A stretch of DNA of 58,255 nt, filler included, from Sphacelaria rigidula (GCA_964200075.2; 10 parts of 10 records of this genome joined end to end with filler, not necessarily neighbours in it), one strand, 5' to 3'; positions 1 to 13,102 are shown, counted from the whole stretch's first letter. Numbers and translations are program-made. Notes: generated by a model not told the origin, from the sequence alone.

Positions 1-821
1 GCATCACGCCGCGATCCGTAACATATATTGGCGGTATGCTCCTTGCACTCTGTGACCACGGGTTCGAGAGATCGAGCTAATGCGATGGATATAATAATAA
101 TAAATAATAATATGGACCCGCCGCCGTCTCGCCGATTCATGCGCTTATCGCAACAGCTCTTTTCTCGAAGAAATTTTCGTCGCGAGGAAGTCTGATCAGA
201 CCTGCAACCGCGGTGTCCTACTGAACAACAGTATTGTTTCACTTACTGAGAGGCAGGTCGCCCATCCTCTGCGTGCTTTGGAGTTTGTTCGTGTTTAGTA
301 CTGAAGTACCGTTCCCTTTCGATGATATGGAACCTTTAACGGAAGCGGGGTGTATGTTCTACTAACTGAAGTCATGTTCCGCACTTTCAGTCGTGCGCAC
401 CTGATACTTGCCGAAGGTGGGGTCCATAGCAGGACGCAGCGGTCGCGTCCGATAGGCTTAAAGTCGATGTGCCGAGCATTTCGAACCGGGAACCGTTCGG
501 CCTAGGCCCTCACATTTACGGTGGGGCCTAGATACCGTTTAGTTTCCGTATTTCTGCAAGCGTTTATCCCTCATGGGGCGGACGTTGACGATGGCGCCCG
601 ACAGCAATAATTATACACTATCTTATTTTGTCATCAGACAAGAGGTCGTAAGACAGCAAAGGAATCCATGAAAATCTCCTACATAATTTCGGTGCAATCC
701 AGGCCCGTAGCGCCTCGTTCAGCCACGGCTGCAGCTCCGGCATGTTACTGTAGCACCTAGCAACACATCCTCGGAGTTGGGGCGTCATTGCAGGCGGGGT
801 GCGGATTATATCGGCGTCTAA

Positions 822-1002
822 GGCCGGATGTTAGGGCAGCAGATGTTAGACCCCCGTTTATAGGGGGAAAAATCGGAGAACGCATTTCACCGTCACGGAT
901 TCGAAGCAAATCGGGACGAAAAATTCGGGGAGTCACGATCTCGGAACGGTTTCCCCCGATTTTTTCAAATATGGGGGGAAACCGTTCCGAGATCGTGACT
1001 CC
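822..1002. mobile_element. Probable MITE fragment containing a perfect 29-bp-stem hairpin (929-957 / 974-1002)
   Basis: GGAGTCACGATCTCGGAACGGTTTCCCCC and its exact reverse complement, with a 16-nt loop. The upstream TAA|GGCC..GTTAG start resembles the terminus of the MITE at 9525. Confidence 0.5.
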
Positions 1003-3164
1003 ACCCGATGTTTTTGAGGTGACGTATGTGCATTGACGTACAATGCCAGAGTACGAGGCGTTTGATATTTTTGCAATGGCAGCAGGAGACAGTCTCGTGA
1101 CAGCACGGGGTGCGCCTACTGCCCGCCGCAGCTGCTATAGCAACTCCGCACGGGGTTTGACAAGCGGATAATAAGTGCTGACACCGTACCCTGCGGCGAT
1201 GGTAATATTTTATGCTGCGCGGCCCTGCCATAGGTAACACTATAACGAACGCTAATGTGCTCTCCTAGCTGTTGTCGCTGTGCTTGACGAGCGATGCACG
1301 GGACTGCACTCCTGTATTCCGCTCGTGCACTGTTTGTTCGCTGTCCTCGCAATGCCGACCGTGCATCATGTGCTACCACACAGTATTATCATGTACTGTA
1401 CTGATTAAGTGTCGTGCACTGTATTACCCTAGGGTACCAAGGTACGATACTGTACTCGATGGATTGTTCACTGCCTGCCTGCTCTTCGGCTTCGTGCACG
1501 AGTACGCAGAACCATACTCATGCAGAAATTGACTGTGTGCAGGACCGTTTCACAAATCTGTGATACTGTACTGCTTGTGCCATAAAACGGTCCCCCCGGT
1601 TTTGAGTTCGCGACTTCCACCGATTGTTTCAAAACCGGGGTCCCAAGAAGTCGAGATTCGTTCGATATAAAAGTGGGCCTTAGACTCACAGATTACTGAA
1701 TCCAGGTGAAATAAATCCGCGGCAAAACTGGTTTCGACAACGATATTATGGCAGCGCACAGATTTGCATACCATACTGTTCTCATTTGTGTACCTCCACC
1801 ACAGTTTCAAGTTTTATCTTTAGCGTGTTTGAACAGCTCACAGTCCCGTAGGTTTATCGTGCGTTGTTGTATGCTGTAGTGATGTGCGTCACTGCCGCGG
1901 AGAGGTCATCACCACCCCACTAACACCACTGTCGGTTCTTTCGATCGCATAAGTAAGCGACCATACCCCCCTTGTTGCTGCTCAATTCGGACCCTTCATC
2001 GAAGGATCGACAGACCACCACCCGCCAGGTAGCGACAGAGCGCGTCACATGTATCCTCTCTTTACGTCTCTGCAATGCTCTTGCCAGGAGACCGACGAGC
2101 TGAACGTGTCGCACTTTGTTTCACATGCGCGAAGCGGACTCCATGGCGCGTCGGGTGCTAGGGTGATTGCTTCGTGTGTTTTTCGTTGTTGTCGAAGGAT
2201 CACTCACAAAGACACAGCCAGCACGCCCGCACATCCAAGACGAACGCGGTGTGAACCCATCATGACGGTCTGCCGGCCAAAACGCAAATTCCTGTGTGCA
2301 AAAATCAGTGCTCGCCGACCCCCGCCAGTTTGCCCAAAAATCGGCGGGACTCGGGCGCCTCATTCTTGGCCGCAGAATGTTTCACCCAAAAGATTGAATA
2401 ACCTCTATCCATAACATGATGATGAGTGTAACCAGGGGGCAGCGCGGTTAAAATTTTCGGACATGTATAGCCCCCCCACCCCACCCGGAGGGCATTTTTT
2501 CGAAAATTGTCATGATTTTTTTCGATTTGATTTTGGTCAACTTTGTTGCAAGAAATTGATCAATAAATACTGTTTCAACTTGTTTCTGTTTCTTTTGGTG
2601 TAGGGCATTCTACTGTGGTGAACATGATTTGTTCACGAGGACGCCCTGACCTCCGTGTAAAACAAAAATAAATGAACGCCCATTATTTTCTTTCAAATTT
2701 GGCACACCTTCGTGATTCTCCATGCCAAGTTTCAAATAGCTACTCTACAATTTGAGCAAAACAATTAAGACAAGGCCCGAGAGCAATGATCATTTATTTC
2801 TCCTCGAAATTCGACTAAAAATTCGAAAAAAAGTGGGAGATAAATGATAAAAATAAAGTAAAGCAGTCTCATTTTATCGTTTTATGCACAAGCGGTTCTC
2901 CATACGGAATTTCGTCGCGCAAGTCTCGAAAAGTGAGACGCGATACCCAGATTTAGGGCATCTCGCGCCTCTGCTCGTAACATACTGATTATGATATCGA
3001 AAATTATGTGCGCCCTATCTCGAGATAGATCACGAATTAGGTGAAGGTGAGGGTATCTGTCGTCTCCGAGTGCTCCAGGGCAGGTCCACGCCAAAAACCG
3101 TCATCATCCGCTGAATGTATCGTTCGGGGTTTCATGTAGATTTAGGGGTGGACGCTATATCCGC

Positions 3165-3362
3165 ATGTGATGGTAAATGACTGAGTGCCTGAATTAATCC
3201 CGTTCCCCGTACCAACGAAGACTCCCTCTTCAAAATGAGTCTCAGTTTTCTGTGGTGTGGGAGAGGTGTGGCTCGATGCAAGTTCGCCCTTTCTGAAAAG
3301 GGACTGCACTTGAACGAACCAGGGTGGGCTAATGTGATGGTAAATGACTGAGTGCCTGAATT
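3165..3362 (+). repeat. Exact 31-bp direct repeat (3165-3195, 3332-3362), possibly an LTR 5' end
   Basis: ATGTGATGGTAAATGACTGAGTGCCTGAATT occurs twice. The TG start fits an LTR, but no internal retroelement domain is seen. Confidence 0.5.
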
Positions 3363-4264
3363 TAACTAGTTCTTTGGGATTTGCAGATGGTCCCTAGAAT
3401 CGACCGGCGGGTAGGGAAAGATTCTAGTCGAATGTGTGTTTGTATAAGGCAGGACTTGGACTGTTTGTATTCGTTGGCGCAGCTGCTTTAAGCGGGGTAC
3501 AAGATTATACCTGATCAGCCGCGTGTACTTGCTGCTACTACAGCTTTGATTGGCTGAAGGCACGGCGCGTCAAGGTGATTTTGTATTATGACAAGGTGGT
3601 AAGCGGGGCAGGAGGACGTACTGACAGAATAACTTTCTCCAGCTGTTGTACCTCGCCTACCGAGGTCACTCGACCTAACCGACCAGCCTGCCGGCACCTA
3701 TTGGATAAAAGAGAGCTTTTTACCCATCACCTACCACCTTGGTCTCTCCGCACGGTCGTGAGCCACAACCTTGACATGAGCCTTTAAGCTGTGCTGTACT
3801 TTTACCCTCATCCCCAATTGTTACCTGTATTCTGCTTGGGGCTGTGTGATTTCCCTAGACAGCTGGTTGATTGAAAGAGAAAGAACCCTCAGTTTGATAA
3901 CACGAGTTGATCACAGGACGGGCTTGTCAATACCCTTCTCTAGAGTGTGCGGAAATAATAATAAAAAGAGGGGTGTGACTTGCTCTGCGAGCCGAATACC
4001 ACGGCACGTACGGTACATGAACTACTAGACATGGGGTTTAATCCACGAGAAAGTGTTGGCCCGGAGGTTTGAGCAGATGGTCATGATCCCCTTGAGTATA
4101 TGATTAATGCGAAATGCAGATCACGGTCCAACCCGTCAATATCGATGAGATATTGCTTTTAGAGCTTAACAGCGTTTTGAGTCTGACTCAGGTCGTATAC
4201 AACGGGGTTTTCAACGCAGTATGTTCCAGCGTGCCGGCACCAATAACAAATCGTCCATTGTCGG

Positions 4265-5602
4265 ACCTATGGTTGCCACCTGCTACAGGAGCTGTATGTG
4301 CTCTACAAGGGACAGCAGCCTGGAGGATTAGCGGCGAGTCCGACGTTTTTCAACCGTGTGTGGCGAGAGGCACGACCGAAGCTACAGCCCAAGGTCGGGT
4401 CAACCTTCATGAATGCCATGCGTGCACGGTGTACAAAGACACCTTGAACGGTATTCCCGGTATCAGGGCGACGGTCGATCCCACCACCATCGAGGAGGTG
4501 AAAGCTAAGCAGAGGGAGCACCTGGAAGTGAGGTGGCGCTGTAGGCGTCGTGGATTTCGGTATCAAAATCGGCGAGCATTCGTCAGACCCGTGTTTTGGG
4601 TGCCCGCCGGGATTATCTGGCTCCGCGTATTGTTGTGTTCGTCTCTCGGCAAGGAATACTTACGGTCGGCATGAGTGCAACATAAGTCACAGTCCACCGC
4701 CACGTTCGTCGCACCCGCCTCATCCCGACCTCGCTGCTGGCGCACATCCTTTTATGCATGTTCGCCCTGACCTCGTGCCCTTCCTCTCCCGCTTTATTCC
4801 ATCCGACACTTCACAGAGAGTCGATCGGGATCGACAATGTCTTACCAACATTGCTGACGCGGCACGACGGGCCAGGGCGGAGCTGAATCCGCTGAAATGC
4901 GTATCGCTCCAAGCAGATGCGGCCAATCAAACGGCGATCGCGCTGCCCATGTGCTCGACACTCACGCACGGAACGGACAAGTAAGTTTCACTTTTTGTCC
5001 AGCAGGCCTCGCTGAAGGCTTGATTTGGGTCTCGCCAGCGCGAACGCCCCGTGAAAACTCACCGTATTCGGAGAACTAGCTTCGATGCAACACAAATTGG
5101 GTGTGAATTTCCTTGTAATGCGAACACTACCGCTGTGGATAACGTGCATGAAAGATTACAGTGATGTCGGCGCGCACAAAAAGTCTGGCCTGGCCGTAGG
5201 TGCTTCATCTTGAAGCAGGACGATGACATGTCTTCCCGCCGGACGCGCTGGAGAGAGTTTCCGTCCGTGCTAATGCGTCGCCGAGTAGTTTATGCCACCT
5301 CCAAGTAGTGAAGCACTGCTGTTCAAGTATTCCACCCGCCGCACAGGTCACTGGCGGTTGCTTCCCGTTCTTCGGCAGTCTTTCACATACTTCTCGTGTA
5401 CGGGCCTCATAAGTGTTACCACGAACGTCATGACACAGCTGAAAACGATAACATATTTACACACACATTGGGCCGAAGACGAGCTTTACGTTGTTCGTGA
5501 TCCCATTGCCCAGGGGCTTCGCCGAACGCCAGAAGGTGATGGCCGTTCTGATCGAAGGGAAAATCGTGGAGATCTTCCTCACGCCACAAACTGTGGGCGG
5601 AG
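4265..5602 (+). pseudogene. Spliced Sola/DUF7869-like transposase fragment; exons ~4265-4527, 4817-4980, 5514-5602; 1-nt frameshift at ~4412
   Basis: Phase-compatible GT-AG splicing gives LQELYVLYK..SPTFFNRVWREARPKLQPKVGSTFM/CHACTVYK..REHLE|RVDRDR..CVSLQADAANQTAIALP..THGTDK|GFAERQKVMAVLIEGKIVEIFLTPQTVGG. This matches the recalled motif order (FxxxW, CxxC, HL, DxxxQxxxxLP) of Sola-type/DUF7869 proteins. The C-terminal half is not in the contig. Confidence 0.6.
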
Positions 5603-5737
5603 GTGAGATTAGTTGATTCCCGGTAAATGAACGTTCCCCCGACGCCGTAACAGCGTCCTGCACTACGAGCTGGGCCAGCCCAGAAACGGATTTAACCTGG
5701 CAGAGCAATATCTCATCACCGGAAACGAATTGGGCCG

Positions 5738-5837
5738 NNNNNNNNNNNNNNNNNNNNNNNNNNNNNNNNNNNNNNNNNNNNTTAATTAATTAANNNNNNN
5801 NNNNNNNNNNNNNNNNNNNNNNNNNNNNNNNNNNNNN
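5738..5837. other. Artificial contig linker (N44-TTAATTAATTAA-N44); identical linkers at 11574-11673, 17410-17509, 23246-23345, 29081-29180, 34916-35015, 40751-40850, 46586-46685 and 52421-52520
   Basis: Identical 100-bp N spacers carry an all-frame stop cassette. The flanking segments are 5737, 5736 or 5735 bp, i.e. size-sorted contigs. Confidence 0.99.
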
Positions 5838-6007
5838 TTGCGTGGATCCCCCTTCGACCAGCGATCAACGTTTCTCTCCCTTTTGGGCAATCAGGCCGAA
5901 TAAATCGTGGATTTGGTGATTCGTAGTCGTGATGATTCATCCTAACCGTGTAACATTTGCTCTTTTATTGCCGGGGGGGGCGCCGCTTTTGTTGCTGTCT
6001 TGTGCAG

Positions 6008-6617
6008 GATGGTGGACTAGACACGGTCGACGCGAACCGTGAGCTCGGGTTCGATGATGATCAGCGTTCCTACGAGTGCGTTGCCTTCATCCTGCGAGAC
6101 ATGGGCGTGAAGGTGGGTTTGGTTGCTGCAAGAGGATAGGTACCACGGAAGTGTTTCCCGTCTGCCGCCTGCAGCACTGGCCATCGCGAACTAACTAAAC
6201 ACTTCCGTACATACTCGCATCTGATCAACTTGTGTATAATTTCCTCAGTAAACAAAAAAATCGAAGGCGTAATTCATGCAGACAGCAAAAAAACTGGGGT
6301 AATTCATTCAACCATCATTGTAGTCCCCCCCCTCTCTCCCCTCTGAAAGGGATGTGTGGTCAATGATCGAATGACCAAGGCAGGCAACAAACGAGTACGC
6401 CCCCCCCCCCCTCCCCCCTTTTCCTCCCCGCGGCGTCCCGTCCTCTTCATAGAGCATACACCTCATGACCAACAATCCTTTCAAGATAAATTGGTTGAAG
6501 GCGACGGGGGTAGAAGTTTCCGGGCGAATTCCGGTGGAGGTGGCTTCCAATAAGCACAACGTGGGATACCTGGAGGCTAAGGCGGATCGCATGAGCCATC
6601 TCATCAATAATCTCTAG
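6008..6617 (+). CDS. ribA: GTP cyclohydrolase II (riboflavin biosynthesis), last two exons 6008-6112 and 6453-6617
   Basis: DGGLDTVDANRELGFDDDQRSYECVAFILRDMGVK|SIHLMTNNPFKINWLKATGVEVSGRIPVEVASNKHNVGYLEAKADRMSHLINNL*. Diagnostic DTVxAN, TNNPxK and YLxxKxxRMxH motifs; phase-0 GT-AG intron. Confidence 0.93.
6340..6418 (+). mobile_element. LINE 3'-end fragment with poly(C) tail, inside the ribA intron
   Basis: GGGATGTGTGGTCAATGATCGAATGACCAAGGCAGGCAACAAACGAGTACG(C)n aligns with the LINE 3' end at 50540-50626. Confidence 0.8.
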
Positions 6618-7878
6618 AGTCGTAACTCTTTCTTCCCTTTATACAGGAAGAGAAGAAGTATATGTTGAAGCTGGGTGCTATTTTCTTACTGTACGTGCGG
6701 GTGGGGGAGTATGGCACACCGGCAACGCGATTTTGAGGAAATGAGGGGGTGTAGTTTTTTTTGTTTTTCAAACAGAGCGTGCGTTTTGTTTGGTTTACCA
6801 GTTTTTTTCCTTGGTGGTAGCGAACACAAGTGTGAGGATGAATAGAAGCGGTGTATCATCTTCTTTTCCATGAAGGGTGTTCCATTCGTTGATGGCGGTG
6901 TGTGTTTCAGTTTCTGTTTTTTTGTACCTGTTGAACTTATTTATTTATTTCTTTACTGGGAAATCTCAAGGGTGGCACCGGCCGCAGATTTTACTTCTGT
7001 TTGAGAAGAGCCATCTACCCACAATGCGTGTCAACCCCACTTGCTGTGTGCAACAATGTGAACATGTTGATGTGGAGATGTTGCTCTAGTGAGGCCGTCC
7101 TCCCCCAACATGTTCGGGGTTTCTTCCGGTAACGGAGCAACGGCACTCTCGTTTTTTTTTTTTCTGTAGTCACGTACTTCTTTTCCCCCCAGCGATATCG
7201 ACGTTTTCATCCGCGGGAGTGTTTTCCCCCTCGTCGTCGTGATCGTAAAGTGATTGTTCCGCGTCCGATCTGTCGCCTCGTCTGCTGCCCTACTGTGTTT
7301 TGTTGTGGGTCGGGGTATATATGGTGGTAGATGGGGTGGACGAGTGTTCGATAATGTATTCGGACTCGGTTCGATCGGAACATGGAAGACAAAGCCAGAC
7401 GTGCCCAAAACGGAACTATGGGAGGACATCCGCACCAGTTACATAGGGTTGCTTGAAACTAGATTTTGGCTATACTGTCGCGATGTATTGGCGGGTACGT
7501 AGCCGATATACTTCGGAGAGATGGCTGCGTTTTTTTGGGCGCCAGGCGAGGGCGCAAACCCGATGTATCCTTTAGAATGGAGAGTTATTCACCGTGCTTA
7601 TATAGCCGGTAACGGTAAACTGGTGATACCGGTGTCAACTACCGATACATAAATACATACATAAATGGAGGATATCGGTACCGTCACAATGTGACTGTTT
7701 TGTCGTGGCTCCTGTAAAGGGAAGCACGTCCCTACAGAGCTAAGTTATTTCAGATGGTACGGTATCGGGTGGTCCGTACCAGGAATTGGATCATGAGCCG
7801 GGTCATGCGTGGTATGTAGGAAAAGAGGGCAGGGTGTACTATTAATAGATGAAAGCTCGAGGAGACTGGAAGGCACTT

Positions 7879-7948
7879 GGGGGGGGAGGGGGAGGGGGAG
7901 GGGGGGTGTACTCATGATCATGCATGCCATAGTCATCAGACCATTGAC
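7879..7948 (-). mobile_element. LINE 3'-end fragment (second subfamily) with poly(C) tail
   Basis: The reverse complement reads GTCAATGGTCTGATGACTATGGCATGCATGATCATGAGTACA(C)n, near-identical to 29211-29251. Confidence 0.8.
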
Positions 7949-9524
7949 GACATCGAAGCAAGGGGGAAATTGATTCGGCGCTGCGGGGGCGCGCCGGAAA
8001 ACAATTTGACGATCGACGGCTTGCTGTCGATTTCAATTTCAGGGACCGCCGAATATTTTGAGAATTGCGGCTGCTGATTCCGCAGAGATGCCGAGTTGAC
8101 GCTCTCGTCATGGATGCTTTCACAAATGAATGTACATGGCCATGTATAATAATATGTCTTGTGCGTGTCAGCGTCGATTTTTCCGGTGACCCTCGTACGA
8201 AAGCCACGTTCGTGGATGGCTGTCAACGCGGCAGAACTGAAGGCTAAGTGGCGCAAAATGGTGCATAGCGCTCAATTTTTTCAACTTCTGGGTGCGGCCT
8301 CCGACGGCCTGGCTCATACGGGGGGGGATGGTTTGTTGCCGCCTCCGGCAGCCGAATAATGGCCTCCGGCCAGATCGGCGCCGATCCGAAAGAAGGCCAA
8401 TGTTTTCTCCTGCGTCGAAGTATGCTTCAAGATGCAACGGAAGTGTGCATTCATGTTATGTTGGGGGGAACGTGCGTGATTATTTCTCGTGAGCTTGTCG
8501 GGGGGTGGAAGGACCAGCTACGAGAACGAAGAGACGGTTGCCACGCAATTTTGCCTCGTGTCGTCATACTTACTAGCGTGCATTATGATAATAAGCCGCG
8601 ACCAGCACTACTCGCAGTGATGATCGCGCCAGCATGCAGAGCATGCAGCTATACATGAACAAAGGTTTCAGCACGACAGCGGAGTGAAAGGTGAAGGGAA
8701 ACATCACGCAACCGCCTCCCGTTACCATGTGAGAGCAGCAAACGTCCACCGCCAGCACCTAGGCCGTGTCTCCAGTTGTGTGCAACTGGCGAAAACTGCC
8801 AACACCCATTTACAAAATTTCACGTCCATCCCTGCCTAGTGGGAGACCGTTCGTTCTGACCCCCAGGAATTGCACTCGAACAAGAACTCGGTACAGCATG
8901 ACCGGTCCGCAATAATGGCGCGATAGTCCCCCCCTCTCAAACCAGCCCTAAACACGTCACGGAACCGACCTTGCAGCACATGATAGCTGGTTTCACACTG
9001 CATGAAACGCCTCTTATGGGCAACATTGACGGAAACGACCCCAAGCGTGGGAACTCCCGGCTGCACGGTGTGCTCGGCTTCTGTCCTTTTGAATCGTGTA
9101 CAGATTTTTTCTTGTCGAACCATCCACTTTCTTCGGGGGAGAGGGCCACCGCGGCATCACTCTCCAGAGGTCATCAGGGAAGCCCGACCATAGCTTGGTT
9201 TGCGAATGCATTAGTGCATTTGTGCCGCGCCCCGGTGGTCGTATGGTACAGTACAGTACAAGTGCCACCATGAGAACGGGGGGATTCGTGGGTTCGATTC
9301 CCGCCAGACAGATGCATCTAGTTTGTCTTATTTTTTTCTCACAAGAACCGCATGTGATTTCCATCGTTGAAAGCGTTGGGACGTACGTGAGTAGGAAACT
9401 AAAAAGAGAGTCTGATTGGCTGAGTTTGTTGGACGACGGCCCAGGCGGGGCAGGAACGCTGATGCATTATGCGATAATTAGTGTTTTTCGTGAGATCGAG
9501 AGTACTCGTAGAGGATACGATTGA

Positions 9525-9718
9525 GGCCTTTTGTTAGCACATCACTGTAGTTTTCTATCAAAAATGTGCGGTGGAAAACAAAAATCCTGATCTGATCGGT
9601 CGTGAATTCAACCATCGTCGAAAAATTTGAAGATGGTTGGAGTCACGACCTATCAGGTCGGGATTTCTGTTTCCCACCGCACAATTTCGATCGAAAAGTA
9701 ATGTGCTAAGACAGGGCC
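9525..9718. mobile_element. PIF/Harbinger (Tourist-like) MITE, ~194 bp, almost fully palindromic
   Basis: GGCC termini flanked by a 3-bp TGA duplication (9522-9524, 9719-9721). The two halves are imperfect reverse complements over ~90 bp. Confidence 0.75.
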
Positions 9719-11924
9719 TGAGATGAGAGTGAGAAGCGGTCAATTAATTAATGTAGAGTTTCAGTTCCGAAATGCCCCTCGACGAGGCCCGACACGCCTT
9801 CTGCAGTAGCTCGCCACTGAAGCCCTTGATATCCCTGATGAATAGGATATCGACGTGCAGCCGTAAGCACACGCCAGTGTTACAGGCAAGGAAAAGCACG
9901 CACAAAATGAAAAACTGGCCAGGTTAGAGTGCGAACGATATTACCCGCTCTCCATCCACGCTCTAATCTCAACCTCACGAAAACAGTCTTGATGACGAAA
10001 TACAAGGCGTGCACCAGGCGAGAGACGACTTGATCCCTAGAGATGACGGACTCGTCCCGAGAAAGGAGGGGAGTTAGAAGTGAGAACGAGAAAAAAAAAA
10101 ACACGCGCGCATACGAAGGTTTGTAGCTTGCATTCATTCCCTTGGATTTCACCACCACTTTTTCCTGTGTGGCCTCCTTACGTGAAACCCTGGCAAGGAG
10201 GGCCTATCGAGATCCACGTCGAGGCGGTACTCGTTCTCTAGCCTGGTGTCTTCTCCCGTCACCCCCCCCCCCGTTTTTTTCAGCCCTTTATTCAGTTAGT
10301 TCTCTTCCGTTGTCGTGTTGGTTTTCTGTCATGTCCGGCCCTCGTTTCGAGCTCCTTTCCCCGAATGTCCCCGTGTTTATTTATCACCTCGGGTACGTCT
10401 GGTATCTATCTTGGGACTACGGCTGTACTGTACTGTAGTTGTGGCGGATCAGTTCACATGCGACGATATATCAATCACCCAACCAATCCATCAATTATCA
10501 AGGAAATAGCAATCACTGGGACCGGCGGACCTTACGGCACACATACAACACACACAAAACACGTACACACACACTTCGCCAGAAACCCACATCAAAGCCG
10601 TGAGTGGCTGGCCAGCTTACATCGGGAACGCACTACTACAGGCAAACATTATTATTAATAGTACGAGTATTACAAAAGAAGTATACAGGATTGGAGGGAC
10701 ACCAATATGAAACATTCACGAAATGGAGCTAAATTTCTTGTGCGCATTTTTTTTTTTTTTAATGTCGCTGGCCGCTGACCGCGGCGACCTTGCGGTTCAT
10801 CCGAGCTATCGTTTATTGAAATCGACCCATGAGCGCTCGATTTACGTCCGTTTATGTATTCACTCATACTAACGATGTTCCCCCGCAATGACGACTCCAT
10901 CCGGGAACTCTATATCCACACCATCTTCCCTCTCCCTCTGGACTACACTCCACAGGCATGAAAACAGACGCTTACTTCTCCAAAAAATGCAATCAGCACA
11001 CTCACCAGTAACTAGTACGAGCAACCATCCTTGATTCTGTAACTTCTATTATACGCAACAACGCCCGCAATATTCTACATATCCCACGAATCTGTACTCT
11101 CAGCGGGCTCTTTCGACACCACTCGACGATCTCGCCCAATGCTAGTCTTGGCGGAAGCCCCCAACACCTTACGAGCGGCCGTTGGAGTAACTTCTCGCTT
11201 TTCCCTCGGCTTTCGAATTCCAAGCGCGCCCGATATTAGCCTGGAAGCACTTGATGCGTCTGCTGGAGGGCGTCCGGGACGAGCCAAATTAACTGGTCCA
11301 ATTGTCAACAACACAAAAAAAAAAAACGAAACACGGGGTGAGGGAGAAGACACACCGGAACTCTAGTGTAAAACCCACCTTATTGAGCATATTTTCGTAT
11401 TCTTCGTCCGGTTACAAAAAATAACGAACATCGCCGGGCTTTTTTGGACCGGGAGGGAGGTGACGGGGGGTGGGGAGTAGTTACGAACTTTCGAGATCGT
11501 CTGACCCTGCAACAGACGAAATGTTCACTAGAACTACCGTATTTGTGTGTGGGGGGGGGGGGGACTCATGATCNNNNNNNNNNNNNNNNNNNNNNNNNNN
11601 NNNNNNNNNNNNNNNNNTTAATTAATTAANNNNNNNNNNNNNNNNNNNNNNNNNNNNNNNNNNNNNNNNNNNNCGCCTCAACCAGTAGAGCAAGTCATTC
11701 CAAGGTGTCAAACTCCGCCTAGCTCTTTTTGGGGGCGTAAAACGACGTAAAAGCTCCAAAAAGACATGTTTCCGTTTATTTTTTTTATTTTTGTCTATTA
11801 TAAGAAGCGGCCTAAATCGGCCATCTCTTTCTGCGCTTTGCTTTTAATGATTTTTTTTTCGTACCACGTCTTAGTCCACTATTTCGTTCTGTTCGACTTT
11901 TTTCTGTTTCTTTTTTTTTCAGCG

Positions 11925-12010
11925 AGTGTTTCAGTCTATGATGCGACTACGGCTGGACCCATAGGTGGTCAGTTCAAGTTGGACAATCAATCAATCAAAA
12001 ATCAATCAAT
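11925..12010 (+). mobile_element. Retroposon-like 3' end with (AATC)n tail; second copy on the minus strand at ~40593-40680
   Basis: Both copies share ACGGCTGGACCCAT(A/G)GGTGGTCAGT..AAGT..GACAATCA followed by AATC repeats, in two independent contigs. Confidence 0.65.
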
Positions 12011-12080
12011 AGAATGCAATATCAGCAGGGGCTCTTTACGTTACACGTCAAAGAGTTCGTTACACGGTACAAAATCTCAC

Positions 12081-13102
12081 CGTAGAGTCGAGCACGTCCT
12101 TGGGCCCATTCTTGCACTTATCCAACAAGTCATAGCCCAAAATTTCCGACGCCGTGTCGAAGAGCTCTTTCGCCTTTGGTACCTATCCCATGACCATCGA
12201 AAACCCATGAACCGGAGGAGGGAAATCGAACATTTCATCACAAAAAGCAGTAAATCATAAAAACACAAGATCATGTCACCACGGCTGGATCTCTAGAGGG
12301 TTAGCTCAAGTGCGACATTAAAAAAAAATGAATCAAACACGACAGGGACCGGCTTCTTTTGAATCAACGAGGGTCGACCGTTCCAATATTTCTGAGAACA
12401 AGATGGGATATAAAAACAAAAGCTAGCCGCACCATTTACTTCAATGCGCTGTTCCTTTTACACATCAACTCGACCGCTTCCGCGCCGACACCGTGGGACT
12501 CATGACGGACGTCGGCGGGGCACACGAATATCTCATCGCAAGACGGACGAACAGACAAACAAGTGGAAGGTTCATGCTTCGTCAGGCTACGCCTCGGGTT
12601 TAAGGGCGTGCTGTGGACATACTGCAAAATTGCCGTGCAGCCCGTCTTCGTACTCAATCTCAAGCGGGCATCTCCTGACCCGAAATATAAGCGCAATTAT
12701 GTTGCCAGACGTGTCCGATTACACTGCAGTGCTGTAGTGCGTACAGCGCAACATGAAGCCAATCAGCACCCCGCATAAAAACGCGGTATGGTCAAGATGC
12801 AGGTGCTACAGCGAGCTGCTCCGGACGTTCCCAAGGCATACACACACACGGTGGTCCTCGAGCGAAATAACGACTACGATGACATCAAGTGACGATACGA
12901 TCCTTTTTGTCTCCCGAATAGTGACATGTTTCAAAATACGCGTGTCCACATACCTCGTCGCATATTGTGGCCGCCATGCCCATGTACTGAGCTCCTTGTC
13001 CCGGAAACATGAAGGTCACCTTGCTGTCGTAGTCCGCGAAGTCCGTGTCGGACATGGACATGGCGGAGCCAGCACATCTCCTTCGACTGTGTACGTGACG
13101 TG
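12081..13102 (-). CDS. fabD: Malonyl-CoA:ACP transacylase (probably plastid FAS II), exons 13102-12954 and 12182-12081 (partial)
   Basis: ..SAMSMSDTDFADYDSKVTFMFPGQGAQYMGMAATICDE|VPKAKELFDTASEILGYDLLDKCKNGPKDVLDST. FPGQGxQ motif; phase-0 GT-AG junction; Arg/Ser-rich transit-like stretch upstream. Confidence 0.9.
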
